Source: an uncultured Gemmatimonadales bacterium
GTDB lineage: Bacteria > Gemmatimonadota > Gemmatimonadetes > Gemmatimonadales > GWC2-71-9
Length of the DNA: 64,000 nt
NCBI GenBank assembly: GCA_963748815.1
Contig: CAVVKJ010000010.1
Span: 544,001-608,000, forward strand
Direction of reading: 5' to 3'
Of this stretch, positions 1 to 9,383 are shown piece by piece. The first letter of the stretch is position 1, and every line of letters begins with the position of its first letter. A program made the position numbers and the translations under genes. The notes beneath the pieces were generated by a model. It was not told the DNA's origin and searched no databases. It saw nothing but the letters and a program-made list of their open reading frames with translations.

Positions 1-169
1 GCCCAGCGCGATCACCACGCCGACCAGCTGTCGCGCCGGTGCCCGGCCCCGCAATGAGCAGCGGGAGAAGAACCAGGAGGGCGACGGTGGGGGCCGGAAA
101 ATGCGCGAGGCCGGTCGCGAGACCGGCCCCGTAGGCAAAGGCAATGATGGCGGAGAGTGGGGGCCTCAT
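1..169 (-). CDS. 5' end of a hydrophobic membrane protein running off the window edge, possibly ComEC/Rec2-like
   Basis: ATG at 169 reads MRPPLSAIIAFAYGAGLATGLAHFPAPTVALLVLLPLLIAG. Hydrophobic sequence (QLVGVVIALG) continues in an adjacent frame, suggesting a 1-nt indel near the C-run at 47-50. The ComEC identity is only a guess from the N-terminus and the adjacent comFB-family gene. Confidence 0.4.
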   Translation of the reverse strand, partial: MRPPLSAIIAFAYGAGLATGLAHFPAPTVALLVLLPLLIAGPGTGATAGRRGDRAG

Positions 170-182
170 GGCCCCGGACGGC

Positions 183-467
183 TCATGCGGGAGGCGGCGC
201 CGCCCGGCCACAGCGTGGGGTTCTCGTGACCTTCCGGAATCCCTCCATGACGTGAATCTCGATCGTCACCCGCGTCTGGTCCTTGTCGAGGTTGAGCTCG
301 GTCACGACCTTGCCCTCGACGCTCGCCACGTACCGGGCCGGCAGGCGGTTGAGCGCGTACACGAGCACGTCGCTTCGGCAGACCTCGCATCCGCAGAAGT
401 CGGGAAAATGACCCTTCAGCTGATCGTAGGCCGCCAGCACGTGCTCTTCAACGAGGTTGTGAATCAT
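183..467 (-). CDS. ComFB (late competence development) family protein
   Basis: 94 aa with N-x-x-E near the start, C-x-C-x2-C-x2-D and ALN-x-LP-x2-Y motifs typical of ComFB. ATGA overlap with the miaB stop. Confidence 0.85.
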   Translation of the reverse strand: MIHNLVEEHVLAAYDQLKGHFPDFCGCEVCRSDVLVYALNRLPARYVASVEGKVVTELNLDKDQTRVTIEIHVMEGFRKVTRTPRCGRAAPPPA

Positions 468-1792
468 AGGACCGCCAGTTGGGGGGCGACCACGGCGCCC
501 GTGAACGTGGATCCCGTGGTGCCCGTGAGCCGCACCATGTGATACTCGCCGATGCTCGTGGCCGGAAGGTCGAGCACCACCAGCGAGTTGGCGCGGGTGC
601 GCCCGAGCATCTGGCCGCCCCGCCGGGCCGGCCGCTCCACCAGTACTTCGTGCACCTCGCCGACGCGGCCGGCGTTCCGCTGGCGCGTCCCGCCCCGCAC
701 ATGCGCGATGAGGCGCTGCAGCCGCTCGGCCCCGACCTCCTCGGGGACGTGGCCCGGAATGCGAAGGGCCGGCGTGCCGTCCCGCGGCGAGTAGAGGAAG
801 GTATACGCCTCGTCGAAGCCCGCCTCGTCCACGAGGGACAGGGTGTCGGCGAGATCGCCCTCCGTCTCCCCGGGGAAGCCGACGATGAGGTCGGTGGAGA
901 TGGTGAGGCCGGGCATCGCCGAGCGCAATTGGGCCACCACCTCAAGGTAACGCGCCCGGGTGTACCGGCGCAGCATCCGGCGCAGCACGGCGTCGGATCC
1001 GCTCTGCGCCGGCAGGTGCACGTGCTCGCAGACCGCCGGCGTCTCCGCCATGGCCTCGATGACCGCTGGCGTGAAGTCCGTCGGATAGGGGCTGGTGAAG
1101 CGCAACCGGCGCACGCCCTCGACCGCTCCGACCGCCCGCAGGAGGGCGCCGAAGTCATGGGTGCCGTCGTGGTAGCTGTTGACCGTCTGGCCGAGCAGCG
1201 TCACTTCGGTGGTGCCACTGGACGCGAGCTGTGCGACCTCGGCGACCACCTCCGGCAATCTGCGACTGCGCTCGGGGCCGCGCGTGTACGGAACGATGCA
1301 GAAGGTGCACTTGTAATCGCAGCCACGCTGGACCGTCACGAAGGCCATCGGCCCCGCGTCCCGCGACTGCGGCACGTCCTCGTAGTGCTCCCAGGAGCGG
1401 AACTCGGTGTCGAGCACCCGGTCGCCGGCGAGCGCCTGCCGGATCAGGTCGGGGAGGTTGCGATAGGCGTCCGGCCCCGCGACGAGATCGACACGCGGGA
1501 CCTGCGCGAGCAGGTCGGGGCCGAGGCGCTGCGCCATGCATCCCACCACGCCAAGCACGGTCCCCGGCCGGGTGAAGCGCTGGAGTTCGCCGACCCGGCC
1601 CAGCACCCGCTGCTCCGCGTTGTCCCGGACGGCGCAGGTATTGACCAGCAGGACGTCGGCGCCTTCGGGAGTGTCCGTCGCCACGAACCCCTCGCGCCCG
1701 AGGGCGCCGAGGATGAGCGACGAGTCCGCCACGTTCATCTGGCAGCCGTACGTCTCGACGTACACCCGGCGCGGCGCGGAGGGTTGGTCCAC
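464..1792 (-). CDS. miaB: tRNA-2-methylthio-N6-isopentenyladenosine synthase
   Basis: TYGCQMN, NTCAVR, radical-SAM GCDYKCTFC motif and C-terminal TRAM domain. GTG start at 1792 lies just after the upstream stop. Confidence 0.95.
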   Translation of the reverse strand: MDQPSAPRRVYVETYGCQMNVADSSLILGALGREGFVATDTPEGADVLLVNTCAVRDNAEQRVLGRVGELQRFTRPGTVLGVVGCMAQRLGPDLLAQVPRVDLVAGPDAYRNLPDLIRQALAGDRVLDTEFRSWEHYEDVPQSRDAGPMAFVTVQRGCDYKCTFCIVPYTRGPERSRRLPEVVAEVAQLASSGTTEVTLLGQTVNSYHDGTHDFGALLRAVGAVEGVRRLRFTSPYPTDFTPAVIEAMAETPAVCEHVHLPAQSGSDAVLRRMLRRYTRARYLEVVAQLRSAMPGLTISTDLIVGFPGETEGDLADTLSLVDEAGFDEAYTFLYSPRDGTPALRIPGHVPEEVGAERLQRLIAHVRGGTRQRNAGRVGEVHEVLVERPARRGGQMLGRTRANSLVVLDLPATSIGEYHMVRLTGTTGSTFTGAVVAPQLAVL

Positions 1793-1793
1793 G

Positions 1794-2936
1794 TCAGGGC
1801 TTGAGCGTGAGCCCGATGGAGAGGACCCAGGCATCCTCGGAGAAGCCCGCGTCGTCCTTTCGCCACAGCCGCTGCAGGGCGAGGTCGGCGGCGGCGTGCC
1901 CCTTGGCGAACCGGGTGCCGGTGCCCGCCGCCACGCTGAACTCGGTGGGCTGCGCGCCCGGCGACGCCGGGAACGGCAGCGTGCGGGAGCGGAGGCCGAG
2001 CCGCAGCGGGAGCTTGCCCGGCTGCAGCGACGACGTGTAGAGCTCCGCGCCAAGGGCGACGTCGAAGGTGTTGTCCGACCCGACGCCGCCGCTGGCCATC
2101 AGGTCGTCGTTGGCGTCCCCCCAGGTCACGTAGGAGGCCTGCGCGTTGAGCGTCCCGCGTCCCTTCAACTGATATTGGGCGCTGCCGCCGAGCGTCCAGG
2201 GAAGCGGATAGGTGTAGGCCTGCAGCGAGTCGCGGTCGACGTTCAGGGTGCCATCCTTCCGGACGAGCAGCGTCAGGAGCAGCGGCTCCGTCGGGTGGTA
2301 GACCGCGCCGAGGCTCATCCCGATGGCGTTGTAGGCGAGCTCCGAGCGCTGGCGCACCGGCGCAAAGAGCGAGTCATCGAAGATGCGACTCAGGAAGAAC
2401 CGGTTGGATCCGGTCAGGAAGTGGAACCCGAACCCGAGCGCCAGCGTCCGGCCGTTGCGGTAGCCGACGGCCAGCCGGAAGTCGGACGTGCCCCCGCGCG
2501 ACTCGAGCGAATCCCGGAATCCGACGGGTTCTCCGTTGACCGGCGTCGAGTCGGTCGTGACGAAGCCGAAGTCCCGGTCGGTGTAGGAGCCGAAGCTCCC
2601 CGAGATGTAGTAGGGCGATTCCTTGACCCGGTTGACGATCGTCATGTACGGCATCCCGGCATCGGATCCGGTGCCCGTCCCGCCCGGTGTAGTGCTGGTC
2701 CGCCAGTTCTGGAACACGTTGAAACCGGCGGTCAGCCCGATGATCGAGGTGATCGCCGCGGGGTTGGTGCCCGACATCCCGTCCAGCATGCTGCCGCTGC
2801 CGGCCATGCCGACCGCCCGCGCGGAGAGCGGCGGCTGGGGAATCCCGAGCGCGCGTACGTCGAACACGGATGATTGCGCGGCGGCACTGCCGGCGGTCCC
2901 CGAGAGCAGCACCAGGCACATCACGAAGCGTCGCAC
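1794..2936 (-). CDS. Putative outer-membrane beta-barrel protein (FadL/PorV-like)
   Basis: Signal peptide (AAA/Q), SARAVGMAG and NPAA motifs resembling the FadL hatch, and alternating amphipathic beta-strands. Confidence 0.65.
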   Translation of the reverse strand: MRRFVMCLVLLSGTAGSAAAQSSVFDVRALGIPQPPLSARAVGMAGSGSMLDGMSGTNPAAITSIIGLTAGFNVFQNWRTSTTPGGTGTGSDAGMPYMTIVNRVKESPYYISGSFGSYTDRDFGFVTTDSTPVNGEPVGFRDSLESRGGTSDFRLAVGYRNGRTLALGFGFHFLTGSNRFFLSRIFDDSLFAPVRQRSELAYNAIGMSLGAVYHPTEPLLLTLLVRKDGTLNVDRDSLQAYTYPLPWTLGGSAQYQLKGRGTLNAQASYVTWGDANDDLMASGGVGSDNTFDVALGAELYTSSLQPGKLPLRLGLRSRTLPFPASPGAQPTEFSVAAGTGTRFAKGHAAADLALQRLWRKDDAGFSEDAWVLSIGLTLKP

Positions 2937-4166
2937 TCAGGGCTCCTCGAAGTCGAGCGGGGCCACGTAGGTGACGCGGAGGCGGGGAGCGCCGGCCAGG
3001 CTGCGCGTGGAGGCGAAGATCGGAACGGTGAAGGACGACGCTTCCGGCTGCAGGGACAGGAAGAACGCCTGCGCCGGCGGGTTGTCCACCACCTGCCAGG
3101 TGCGCACCAGCTCGATCACCTCGACCGTCACCGTGTCCATCGAGCCCACCGTGACCTCAGTCGCCGCGGCCAGCAACGGCACCAGGGGCGACTTCGCCCC
3201 CTGGTCGCTGAGGACGCCGCGCGCCGTGATGGTCGTCCCGATCCCCGGGACGCCGATGATCGGCTGGGTCGGGCTGAGCAGGAGTTCCGCCCGGAGAATC
3301 TCGACGCCGATCAGGACGCTGTCGGGCACGTTGAACCGCACGATGAACCGCGACGACGGCGCGCCACCCACCAGCAGCTCGTCCGGGTTCACCGCCGGCG
3401 GGTTCTGTTCGACATACGTCGAGTAGTTCGGGACTCGGCGGATTGGAGCCGGCTGCTTGGTGGAATCGACCGCGGGGACGCTGATGTACCAGGTGATCGT
3501 CGGGAGATAGGTCGCGGCCCCGATGTTCCCCAGCTCGACTCCAGTGGCCGAATCGGCGGTCATCCCGACCGCGATGGCCAGCACGCCACTGTCGGCGGCA
3601 GGAATGGCGACCAGGTCCAGGTCGGCACCCTCGAAGACCGCGCGCACGTTCCCGGTCTGGAGCGTGTCCTCCACCATGATCGTGTCGAGGAAGGTCGCCG
3701 GGGTCATGTACCCGGCCACGTCCGAGTACGTCACGCCGCTGTCCAGGGTGGCCGGGGCCCGGAAGAGCTCCAGGACGATGCCCGTGGCGGCGGGGTCGCG
3801 CGAGAGCACACCGAGGCTGATGGCCACGCTGTCGATGGTGAACGCGTACAGCGAATCGTCGATCCGCACCGAGTCCGGCAGGACACCGAAACGAATGGCC
3901 GTCAGGTACTGGTCCGCGGGCTCGGCGGTCGACACCAGGAGGCCGGTGCCCTCGCCCGCGGCGACGTAGCCCGTGTACGTGCTGTCCCCGTCGAAGACGG
4001 CGTCGATCACGGTGTCACGGATGACGACCGTGCCCCCGGGACAGGTCTGCGGGCAGGAGCCGGGAGTGGTGAAGTCTTCGGTGCATCCGACCAGCCCCAC
4101 GGCGAGCACGCCAAGGACTCCAAGGGTGACGCGCCGCAGGCCCAGCCGGGATAGAACGTTGTTCAA
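2937..4166 (-). CDS. Putative lipoprotein, beta-rich, unknown function
   Basis: Basic N-region, hydrophobic stretch and LVGC lipobox; C-terminal PRLRVTY. TTGA overlap with the cdd stop. Confidence 0.7.
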   Translation of the reverse strand: MNNVLSRLGLRRVTLGVLGVLAVGLVGCTEDFTTPGSCPQTCPGGTVVIRDTVIDAVFDGDSTYTGYVAAGEGTGLLVSTAEPADQYLTAIRFGVLPDSVRIDDSLYAFTIDSVAISLGVLSRDPAATGIVLELFRAPATLDSGVTYSDVAGYMTPATFLDTIMVEDTLQTGNVRAVFEGADLDLVAIPAADSGVLAIAVGMTADSATGVELGNIGAATYLPTITWYISVPAVDSTKQPAPIRRVPNYSTYVEQNPPAVNPDELLVGGAPSSRFIVRFNVPDSVLIGVEILRAELLLSPTQPIIGVPGIGTTITARGVLSDQGAKSPLVPLLAAATEVTVGSMDTVTVEVIELVRTWQVVDNPPAQAFFLSLQPEASSFTVPIFASTRSLAGAPRLRVTYVAPLDFEEP

Positions 4167-4555
4167 GGTGCCTCAAGACGGTGCGAGGTGAAGGCATCGG
4201 GCAGCAGGTCTGCCAGCGTCCACCGCTGGGACTGCCCCGGACCGACCGCGTCGACGCGGAGCCCGAGTCCGAACTCGGCGAGCATCTGGCGGCAGGCCCC
4301 GCAGGGCGAGGCCGGGGGATCGCTGTCGCTCACGACGACGATGCGACGAAACTCACGGCGCCCCGCCGCCACGGCGGACACCAGCGCGGCTCGCTCGGCG
4401 CAGATGGTCAGGCCGTAGGACGCATTCTCGACATTGCAACCGACGAAGACCTGCCCGTCCGTCGCTTCGAGGGCCGCCCCGACCCGGAACCCGGAATACG
4501 GCGCGTAGGCCCGCCGCTGCACATCGCGGGCAGCGTCGAGCAGGGCGTCAGGCAT
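4163..4555 (-). CDS. cdd: Cytidine deaminase (homotetrameric type)
   Basis: [28 protein letters not shown] and SPCGACRQ motifs. ATG at 4555. Confidence 0.95.
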   Translation of the reverse strand: MPDALLDAARDVQRRAYAPYSGFRVGAALEATDGQVFVGCNVENASYGLTICAERAALVSAVAAGRREFRRIVVVSDSDPPASPCGACRQMLAEFGLGLRVDAVGPGQSQRWTLADLLPDAFTSHRLEAP

Positions 4556-5717
4556 CCCACACCTCCCCGAGGAAGGACTGCCCCGATTCCAGCGGCGCGG
4601 CGCCGAGAAATTCGGCCACGGTCTGCCCGATGTCCGCAAACGTGGGGCGCTCCCCCAACGAAACCGGCCGGACCCGCGGTCCGGACACAAGCAGCGGCAC
4701 CCGTTCACGCGAATGGTCGGTGGACGGGGTGGTCGGGTCGTTCCCGTGATCCGCCGTAAAGATAACGAGGTCGTCCTCCCGCACCCGCCCCAGGAGCTCC
4801 GGCAGGACCCTGTCGAGCTCCTTGAGGCCGGACACGAAGCCCGGTACGTCGTTGCGATGGCCCCACGTCTGGTCGAATTCGAGGATGTTCGCGAAGATCA
4901 GCCCCCGCCGAACGGTCTCCATGGCCGAGCCGACGAGGTGGTATCCCTCGGCGTTGGTGGCCGCATGCACACTCGCGATGTTCCGGCCCGCGAACAGGTC
5001 GTCCACCTTGCCGATTCCGAGCCTCGGCACGTGGCGGTCCGCCAGCCGATCCAGGAGCGTGGGGCCCGGCGGCGGAAGGCTCATGTCCTTCCGGTGGGGC
5101 GTCCGGCTCCAGGCACCAGGGCTCCCGACGAATGGCCGGGCAATGACCCGCGACACCCCGTGCGGCGGCCGAAGCAGGTCGCGCGCCGTCTCGCAGGCCG
5201 CATACAACTCGTCCAGCGGCACCACATGTTCATGCGCCGCCACCTGGAAAACGCTGTCCGCCGAGGTGTAGACGATCCACGCGCCGGTCGCCTGGTGCTC
5301 CTCGCCCAGCTGGTCGAGGATGGCGGTCCCCGAGGCGGCCACGTTGCCCAGCACCTTCCGCCCGGTCCGCCGGGAGAACTCCTCGATCACCTCGGACGGA
5401 AATCCCTTCGGGTAGGTCGGAAATGGATGAACCACCGTGTGGCCGCAGAGTTCCCAGTGCCCCGTCGTCGAATCCTTCCCGGCCCCCGCCGGCTGGCAGG
5501 TGCCCCAGGCGGCCGACGGAGTGGCCACGGCGGCGACGCCCGGGAGCGGCGCGCAACAGCCAAGGCCGAGGGCCTCGAGATTCGGCAGCGGCACGCCCCC
5601 GACCGCACGGAGCGTGTTTCCCAGGGTGTCGCTCCCGGCGTCTCCATACGCGGCGGTATCGTGCGCGGGCCCAATGCCGAGCCCGTCGAGGACGATGACG
5701 ACCGCCCGCCGCATCAT
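4548..5717 (-). CDS. deoB: Phosphopentomutase
   Basis: [33 protein letters not shown] and TADHGNDP motifs. Confidence 0.95.
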   Translation of the reverse strand: MMRRAVVIVLDGLGIGPAHDTAAYGDAGSDTLGNTLRAVGGVPLPNLEALGLGCCAPLPGVAAVATPSAAWGTCQPAGAGKDSTTGHWELCGHTVVHPFPTYPKGFPSEVIEEFSRRTGRKVLGNVAASGTAILDQLGEEHQATGAWIVYTSADSVFQVAAHEHVVPLDELYAACETARDLLRPPHGVSRVIARPFVGSPGAWSRTPHRKDMSLPPPGPTLLDRLADRHVPRLGIGKVDDLFAGRNIASVHAATNAEGYHLVGSAMETVRRGLIFANILEFDQTWGHRNDVPGFVSGLKELDRVLPELLGRVREDDLVIFTADHGNDPTTPSTDHSRERVPLLVSGPRVRPVSLGERPTFADIGQTVAEFLGAAPLESGQSFLGEVWDA

Positions 5718-5967
5718 TTCCCCCAGCTCCCTGGACGAAGCGGAATCGGAGCGCCGTCAACGCTTCATCCAGGAGCTTCTGTTCGTCCGCCTCGAGCCGG
5801 CCGGAGGTCTTCTCCTGGAGCATGCCGAGGGTGTCGATCAGCGCTTGACCGACCTGGCGGGCATCGGCCGCACTCAGTCCTTCGGCGCCCGGCGGCAGCT
5901 TCCCGGCCAACGCCCCCTCCGCCTGTTGCGCCAGGCCGAGCACGAGCGACATGAAATGCTGGTTCAT
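5714..5967 (-). CDS. DUF1844 family small protein (stop lost to an apparent 1-nt deletion)
   Basis: IDTLGMLQEKTSGRL..E.KLL..AL..LR..FV motif. ATGA-coupled to alr. One extra G in the run at 5720-5724 gives K-TGA overlapping the deoB ATG. Confidence 0.75.
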
Positions 5968-7046
5968 GATCCCCCCGAATAGCGACGGACGACTCGCCCA
6001 CCGAGCCCCGTCAACAGGTCGTAGCTGATAGTCCCCGCCGCGGCGGCCTGCGCATCGAGCGACACGGCGCCGCCGAAGATCGTGGTGACGGTCCCGATGG
6101 GAACTTCCGCGTCTCCGACATCGATCATCGTGAAGTCCATCGTCACGCGCCCGGCGATCGGGTACACCGCTCCCAACAGCTCCACCTGTCCCCGCCCGCC
6201 CAGCGCGCGAGGCACGCCGTCGGCGTAGCCGGCGGCGATGGTGACGATGGTCGTCGCCGACGGCGCACGCCAGCTCGCGCCATAGCTGACGCTCTCCCCC
6301 GCCCCCAGACGGCGGCGTGCGACGACAGGTGCCCGAAACTGCACGACCGTCGCCGGCGTGCCGCGTCCGGGCGCTCCGCCATACAGGAAGATGCCGGGGC
6401 GGACGAGATCCGCCGCGAACCGCCGGCCCTGCAGCGCCCCTGCGCTGTTGGCCGCATGAATCAGGGCGGGCCGCCGCGGCAATGCGGCGATGACGCCCTG
6501 CATCCGCTCCCACTGGACCCCTGCCGACTCGAGGCTGGTGTCCGCCGAGTGGAAGTGGGTGAACAGCCCCTCCCACCCCGTCGCCCCGGCCAGGAGACGC
6601 CCCGCTTCGGCCAACACAGCGCGATCGTTCCAGGGGAAGCCGAGACGCGCCATGCCGGTATCGAGCTCGACATGGAAGGGGGCGTTCCCGTGCGCGAGCC
6701 ACGCTCGCAGCTGGTCCAGATCTCCGAGGACCGGCCGCAACCCCTCGCGAAGGCAGACATCGACGCCTTCGGGCGAGAGCGGGCCGAATACGACGAGAGG
6801 CCGCCGGATCCCGGCGTGCCGGAGCGCGGCGCCCTCTTCAACGGTGACGACGCCGTAGCCCCACGGGTCGACCGCCTCCAGAGCGCGCGTCGCCTCGACG
6901 GCGCCGATGCCGTAGGCGTTGGCCTTGACCATGGGTAGGAGGCGGGAGCCGGAGACCGAGAGCACGGTCCGGGCGTTGGCGACGAGGGCGCCAAGGTCGA
7001 TATCGGCCCAGGCACGGGCAGGCGGGATCGGGTTTGACGCGCTCAC
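5964..7046 (-). CDS. alr: Alanine racemase
   Basis: VKANAYG PLP lysine, DTGMARLG, HAANSAG, VRPGIFLYG, SYG, GYADG and GRVTMD motifs. Confidence 0.95.
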   Translation of the reverse strand: MSASNPIPPARAWADIDLGALVANARTVLSVSGSRLLPMVKANAYGIGAVEATRALEAVDPWGYGVVTVEEGAALRHAGIRRPLVVFGPLSPEGVDVCLREGLRPVLGDLDQLRAWLAHGNAPFHVELDTGMARLGFPWNDRAVLAEAGRLLAGATGWEGLFTHFHSADTSLESAGVQWERMQGVIAALPRRPALIHAANSAGALQGRRFAADLVRPGIFLYGGAPGRGTPATVVQFRAPVVARRRLGAGESVSYGASWRAPSATTIVTIAAGYADGVPRALGGRGQVELLGAVYPIAGRVTMDFTMIDVGDAEVPIGTVTTIFGGAVSLDAQAAAAGTISYDLLTGLGGRVVRRYSGGS

Positions 7047-7064
7047 GAGACGGCGGGTATGATA
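7034..7064. promoter_or_regulatory. Divergent sigma70-like promoter region between alr and mazG
   Basis: Plus strand: TTGACG(7034-39), 18-nt spacer, TATGAT(7058-63), then GGAGG RBS before mazG. Minus strand: TATCAT(7064-59) upstream of the alr GTG. Confidence 0.55.
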
Positions 7065-7081
7065 CCGTTCACGGAGGATAA

Positions 7082-7960
7082 ATGCAAGAGAATTCAGCGC
7101 TTGGACGCGCGATGGAAATGGTCAGGGACCTGCGTGTCCGGTGCCCATGGGACCGGGCCCAAACCCGCGACACGCTGCGGCCCTACCTGGTCGAGGAAGT
7201 CCTCGAAGTAGACCAGGCCATCGGCTCCGGCGACCCCGGATTGTTGCGGGACGAGATGGGGGACTTCCTCCTCCATCTGGCCTGGCAGTTGGTCCTCGCC
7301 GAGGAGCTCGGTGAATTCACCGCGGCGCAGGTGGCGGACGACCTCGTCGCCAAGATGCGGCGACGCCACCCCCATCTCTTCGACCTCGGTCCTGCGCAGC
7401 CGTGGGAGCAGTTGAAGCGGCGGGAACGCCGTCGAGGAACGCTGGAGGGGCTTCCCCCCACCCTGCCCCCGTTGCTGCACGCCTTTCGTCTTCAGGAGCG
7501 CGCGGCCTCCGTAGGGTTCGACTGGGACGATGTGCGGGGACCGCTGGACAAGGTGAGGGAGGAGTTGGCGGAGGTGGAAGAGCACCTCCCGGAGGCAGGG
7601 CCGCGCGGCAGCGGGGCAGCGACGGCGGGGCCGGAGGGCCGCGGGGCTGTGGGGCAGTATGTGGAGCACACAGCCGAAGCGGCGGCGTCCCCGGAACTGG
7701 TCGAGGAGATTGGCGACCTGCTCTTCGCTGTGGTGAATCTCTCGCGGAAGGCCGGCGTCGCGCCGGGTGTCGCGCTGGACAAGGCGAACCGGAAGTTCAT
7801 CGACCGGTTTCGCGAGGTGGAAACGCTGGCCGCCGAGCGGGGAATCGACCTTCACTCGGCGGGGTTGGCAGGGCTGGATGCGTTGTGGGAGGAGGTGAAG
7901 CTGGGAGAGGAACGAGAAAGAGGACTTGAGGACTTGGAGGGGCGTCAGGAGAAAAGCTGA
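7082..7960 (+). CDS. mazG: Nucleoside triphosphate pyrophosphohydrolase
   Basis: CPWDRAQT, EEVLE, EMGD, RRHPHLF, GFDW, EIGDLLF and ANRKF motifs; GGAGG RBS. Confidence 0.93.
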   Translation: MQENSALGRAMEMVRDLRVRCPWDRAQTRDTLRPYLVEEVLEVDQAIGSGDPGLLRDEMGDFLLHLAWQLVLAEELGEFTAAQVADDLVAKMRRRHPHLFDLGPAQPWEQLKRRERRRGTLEGLPPTLPPLLHAFRLQERAASVGFDWDDVRGPLDKVREELAEVEEHLPEAGPRGSGAATAGPEGRGAVGQYVEHTAEAAASPELVEEIGDLLFAVVNLSRKAGVAPGVALDKANRKFIDRFREVETLAAERGIDLHSAGLAGLDALWEEVKLGEERERGLEDLEGRQEKS

Positions 7961-8040
7961 AGGAGGGTGGCAGCCCTGCCCTCCTCCTTTCTCCTTCCGC
8001 ATTCCACCCCTCCAAGTCCAAAGTCTCTTTCTCTTTTCCC
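7903..8040. repeat. Long imperfect inverted repeat between convergent mazG and asnS (bidirectional terminator or MITE/REP-like element)
   Basis: The left arm contains gagaaagaggacttgaggacttggagggg. The reverse complement of the right arm contains gagaaagagactttggacttggagggg. The centre is ggcag-cc-ctgcc. Confidence 0.7.
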
Positions 8041-9336
8041 CTATGGATAGAGCCGATGAATCTGCCTCGGAAACGCAATCGACTCCCTGATATGCGAATT
8101 GCCACAGATCCAGGCCACCGTCCGCTCGAGGCCAAGCCCGAACCCGCTGTGCACGAAGGTGCCATACTTCCGCAGATCGAGATACCACCGATACGCCTCG
8201 GGATCGAGTCCCTGCGCCACGATGCGCGCCAGCAGGCGGTCGTGGTCGTCCTCCCGCTGTGACCCGCCGATGATCTCCCCATACCCCTCGGGGGCAAGGC
8301 AGTCGTTGTTCAGCACCGTCCGGGGGTCGTCGGGATTTTCCTTCATGTAGAAGGCCTTGACCTCCTTCGGGTAGTTGAACACGAAGAGCGGCCGGTCATA
8401 CTCCTTGGCCAGGAGCGTCTCGTCGTCTCCACCGAGGTCCTTCCCCCAGGTGATGTCCGACCCGAGGCCCTGCAGCCTGGCGACCGCGTCGGTATAGCTG
8501 ATGCGCGGGAAGGGACCGGTCACCCGCTCGAGCGGTGCCGTGTCACGCTCGAGCTCCTTCAGCTCCTCCTGCCGACGGTCGAGCACGCGAGCCACGACGG
8601 CGGAAATGAATTCCTCCTGAAGCCGCATGTTGGCATCGGAGTCGTTCCACGCCACCTCCGGTTCCACCATCCAGAATTCCGTCAGGTGACGGCGCGTCTT
8701 CGATTTTTCCGCCCGGAATGTCGGCCCGAAGCAGTAGACCTTTCCCAGCGCCGCCGCCCCCGCCTCGACGTACAGCTGGCCGGTCTGGGCGAGGTAGGCC
8801 TTGCCCAGGTCGAAATAGTCGGTACTGAAGAGATTGCCCGCTTCCTCGCCGATGGAGCCCGTCAGGATCGGCGTGTCCACGAGCACGAAGTCGCGCTCGT
8901 AGAAGAAGTCGCGGATGCCCTGCACCACCTCGTTCCGGACCTTGGCGATGGCCACCTGGCGGCGGCTCCGCAACCAGAGATGGCGGTGCTCGAAGAGAAA
9001 ACCGCTCCCGTGCTCCTTGGGCGAGATGGGAAAGTCCGGGCTGGCCCCGAGGATCTCCACGTCGGTGGCCGTCAGCTCATGCCCGCCGGGCGCGCGCGCG
9101 TCGGCCCGCACCTCGCCTGTCACGGCGACCGACGCCTCCTGCGTGAGCTCGGCGAGCCGGAGCCAGGTCGCCTCCGGCACCTCCCGCTTCGAGAAGACCG
9201 TCTGCAGGTACCCCGATCCGTCGCGGAGCACCGCGAAGGCGATCTTCCCGCTGGAGCGGGTGGTCACCACCCAGCCGCGGACGGTGACGGACTGACCGAC
9301 GTGGCGGTCCAATTCGTTGATGCGAACGTAGGGCAT
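8041..9336 (-). CDS. asnS: Asparagine--tRNA ligase
   Basis: OB-fold N-terminus, RHLWLRS, YLAQTGQLY, FRAEKSKTRRHLTEFWMVEPE, EIIGGSQRE and GFGLGLER motifs. Confidence 0.96.
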   Translation of the reverse strand: MPYVRINELDRHVGQSVTVRGWVVTTRSSGKIAFAVLRDGSGYLQTVFSKREVPEATWLRLAELTQEASVAVTGEVRADARAPGGHELTATDVEILGASPDFPISPKEHGSGFLFEHRHLWLRSRRQVAIAKVRNEVVQGIRDFFYERDFVLVDTPILTGSIGEEAGNLFSTDYFDLGKAYLAQTGQLYVEAGAAALGKVYCFGPTFRAEKSKTRRHLTEFWMVEPEVAWNDSDANMRLQEEFISAVVARVLDRRQEELKELERDTAPLERVTGPFPRISYTDAVARLQGLGSDITWGKDLGGDDETLLAKEYDRPLFVFNYPKEVKAFYMKENPDDPRTVLNNDCLAPEGYGEIIGGSQREDDHDRLLARIVAQGLDPEAYRWYLDLRKYGTFVHSGFGLGLERTVAWICGNSHIRESIAFPRQIHRLYP

Positions 9337-9383
9337 GGGACTCGGCTGCGGTAAGGGTCGTCGACGGTAGGATTGTACACCCG

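Noticed and set aside
5230..6702. 490-aa minus-strand ORF overlapping alr and deoB
   Set aside because: Only the DUF1844 segment looks coding; the rest is off-frame overlap.
7903..8040. CRISPR array or structured ncRNA family
   Set aside because: It is a single inverted repeat with no repeat-spacer periodicity and no cas genes; I recognise no RNA family.
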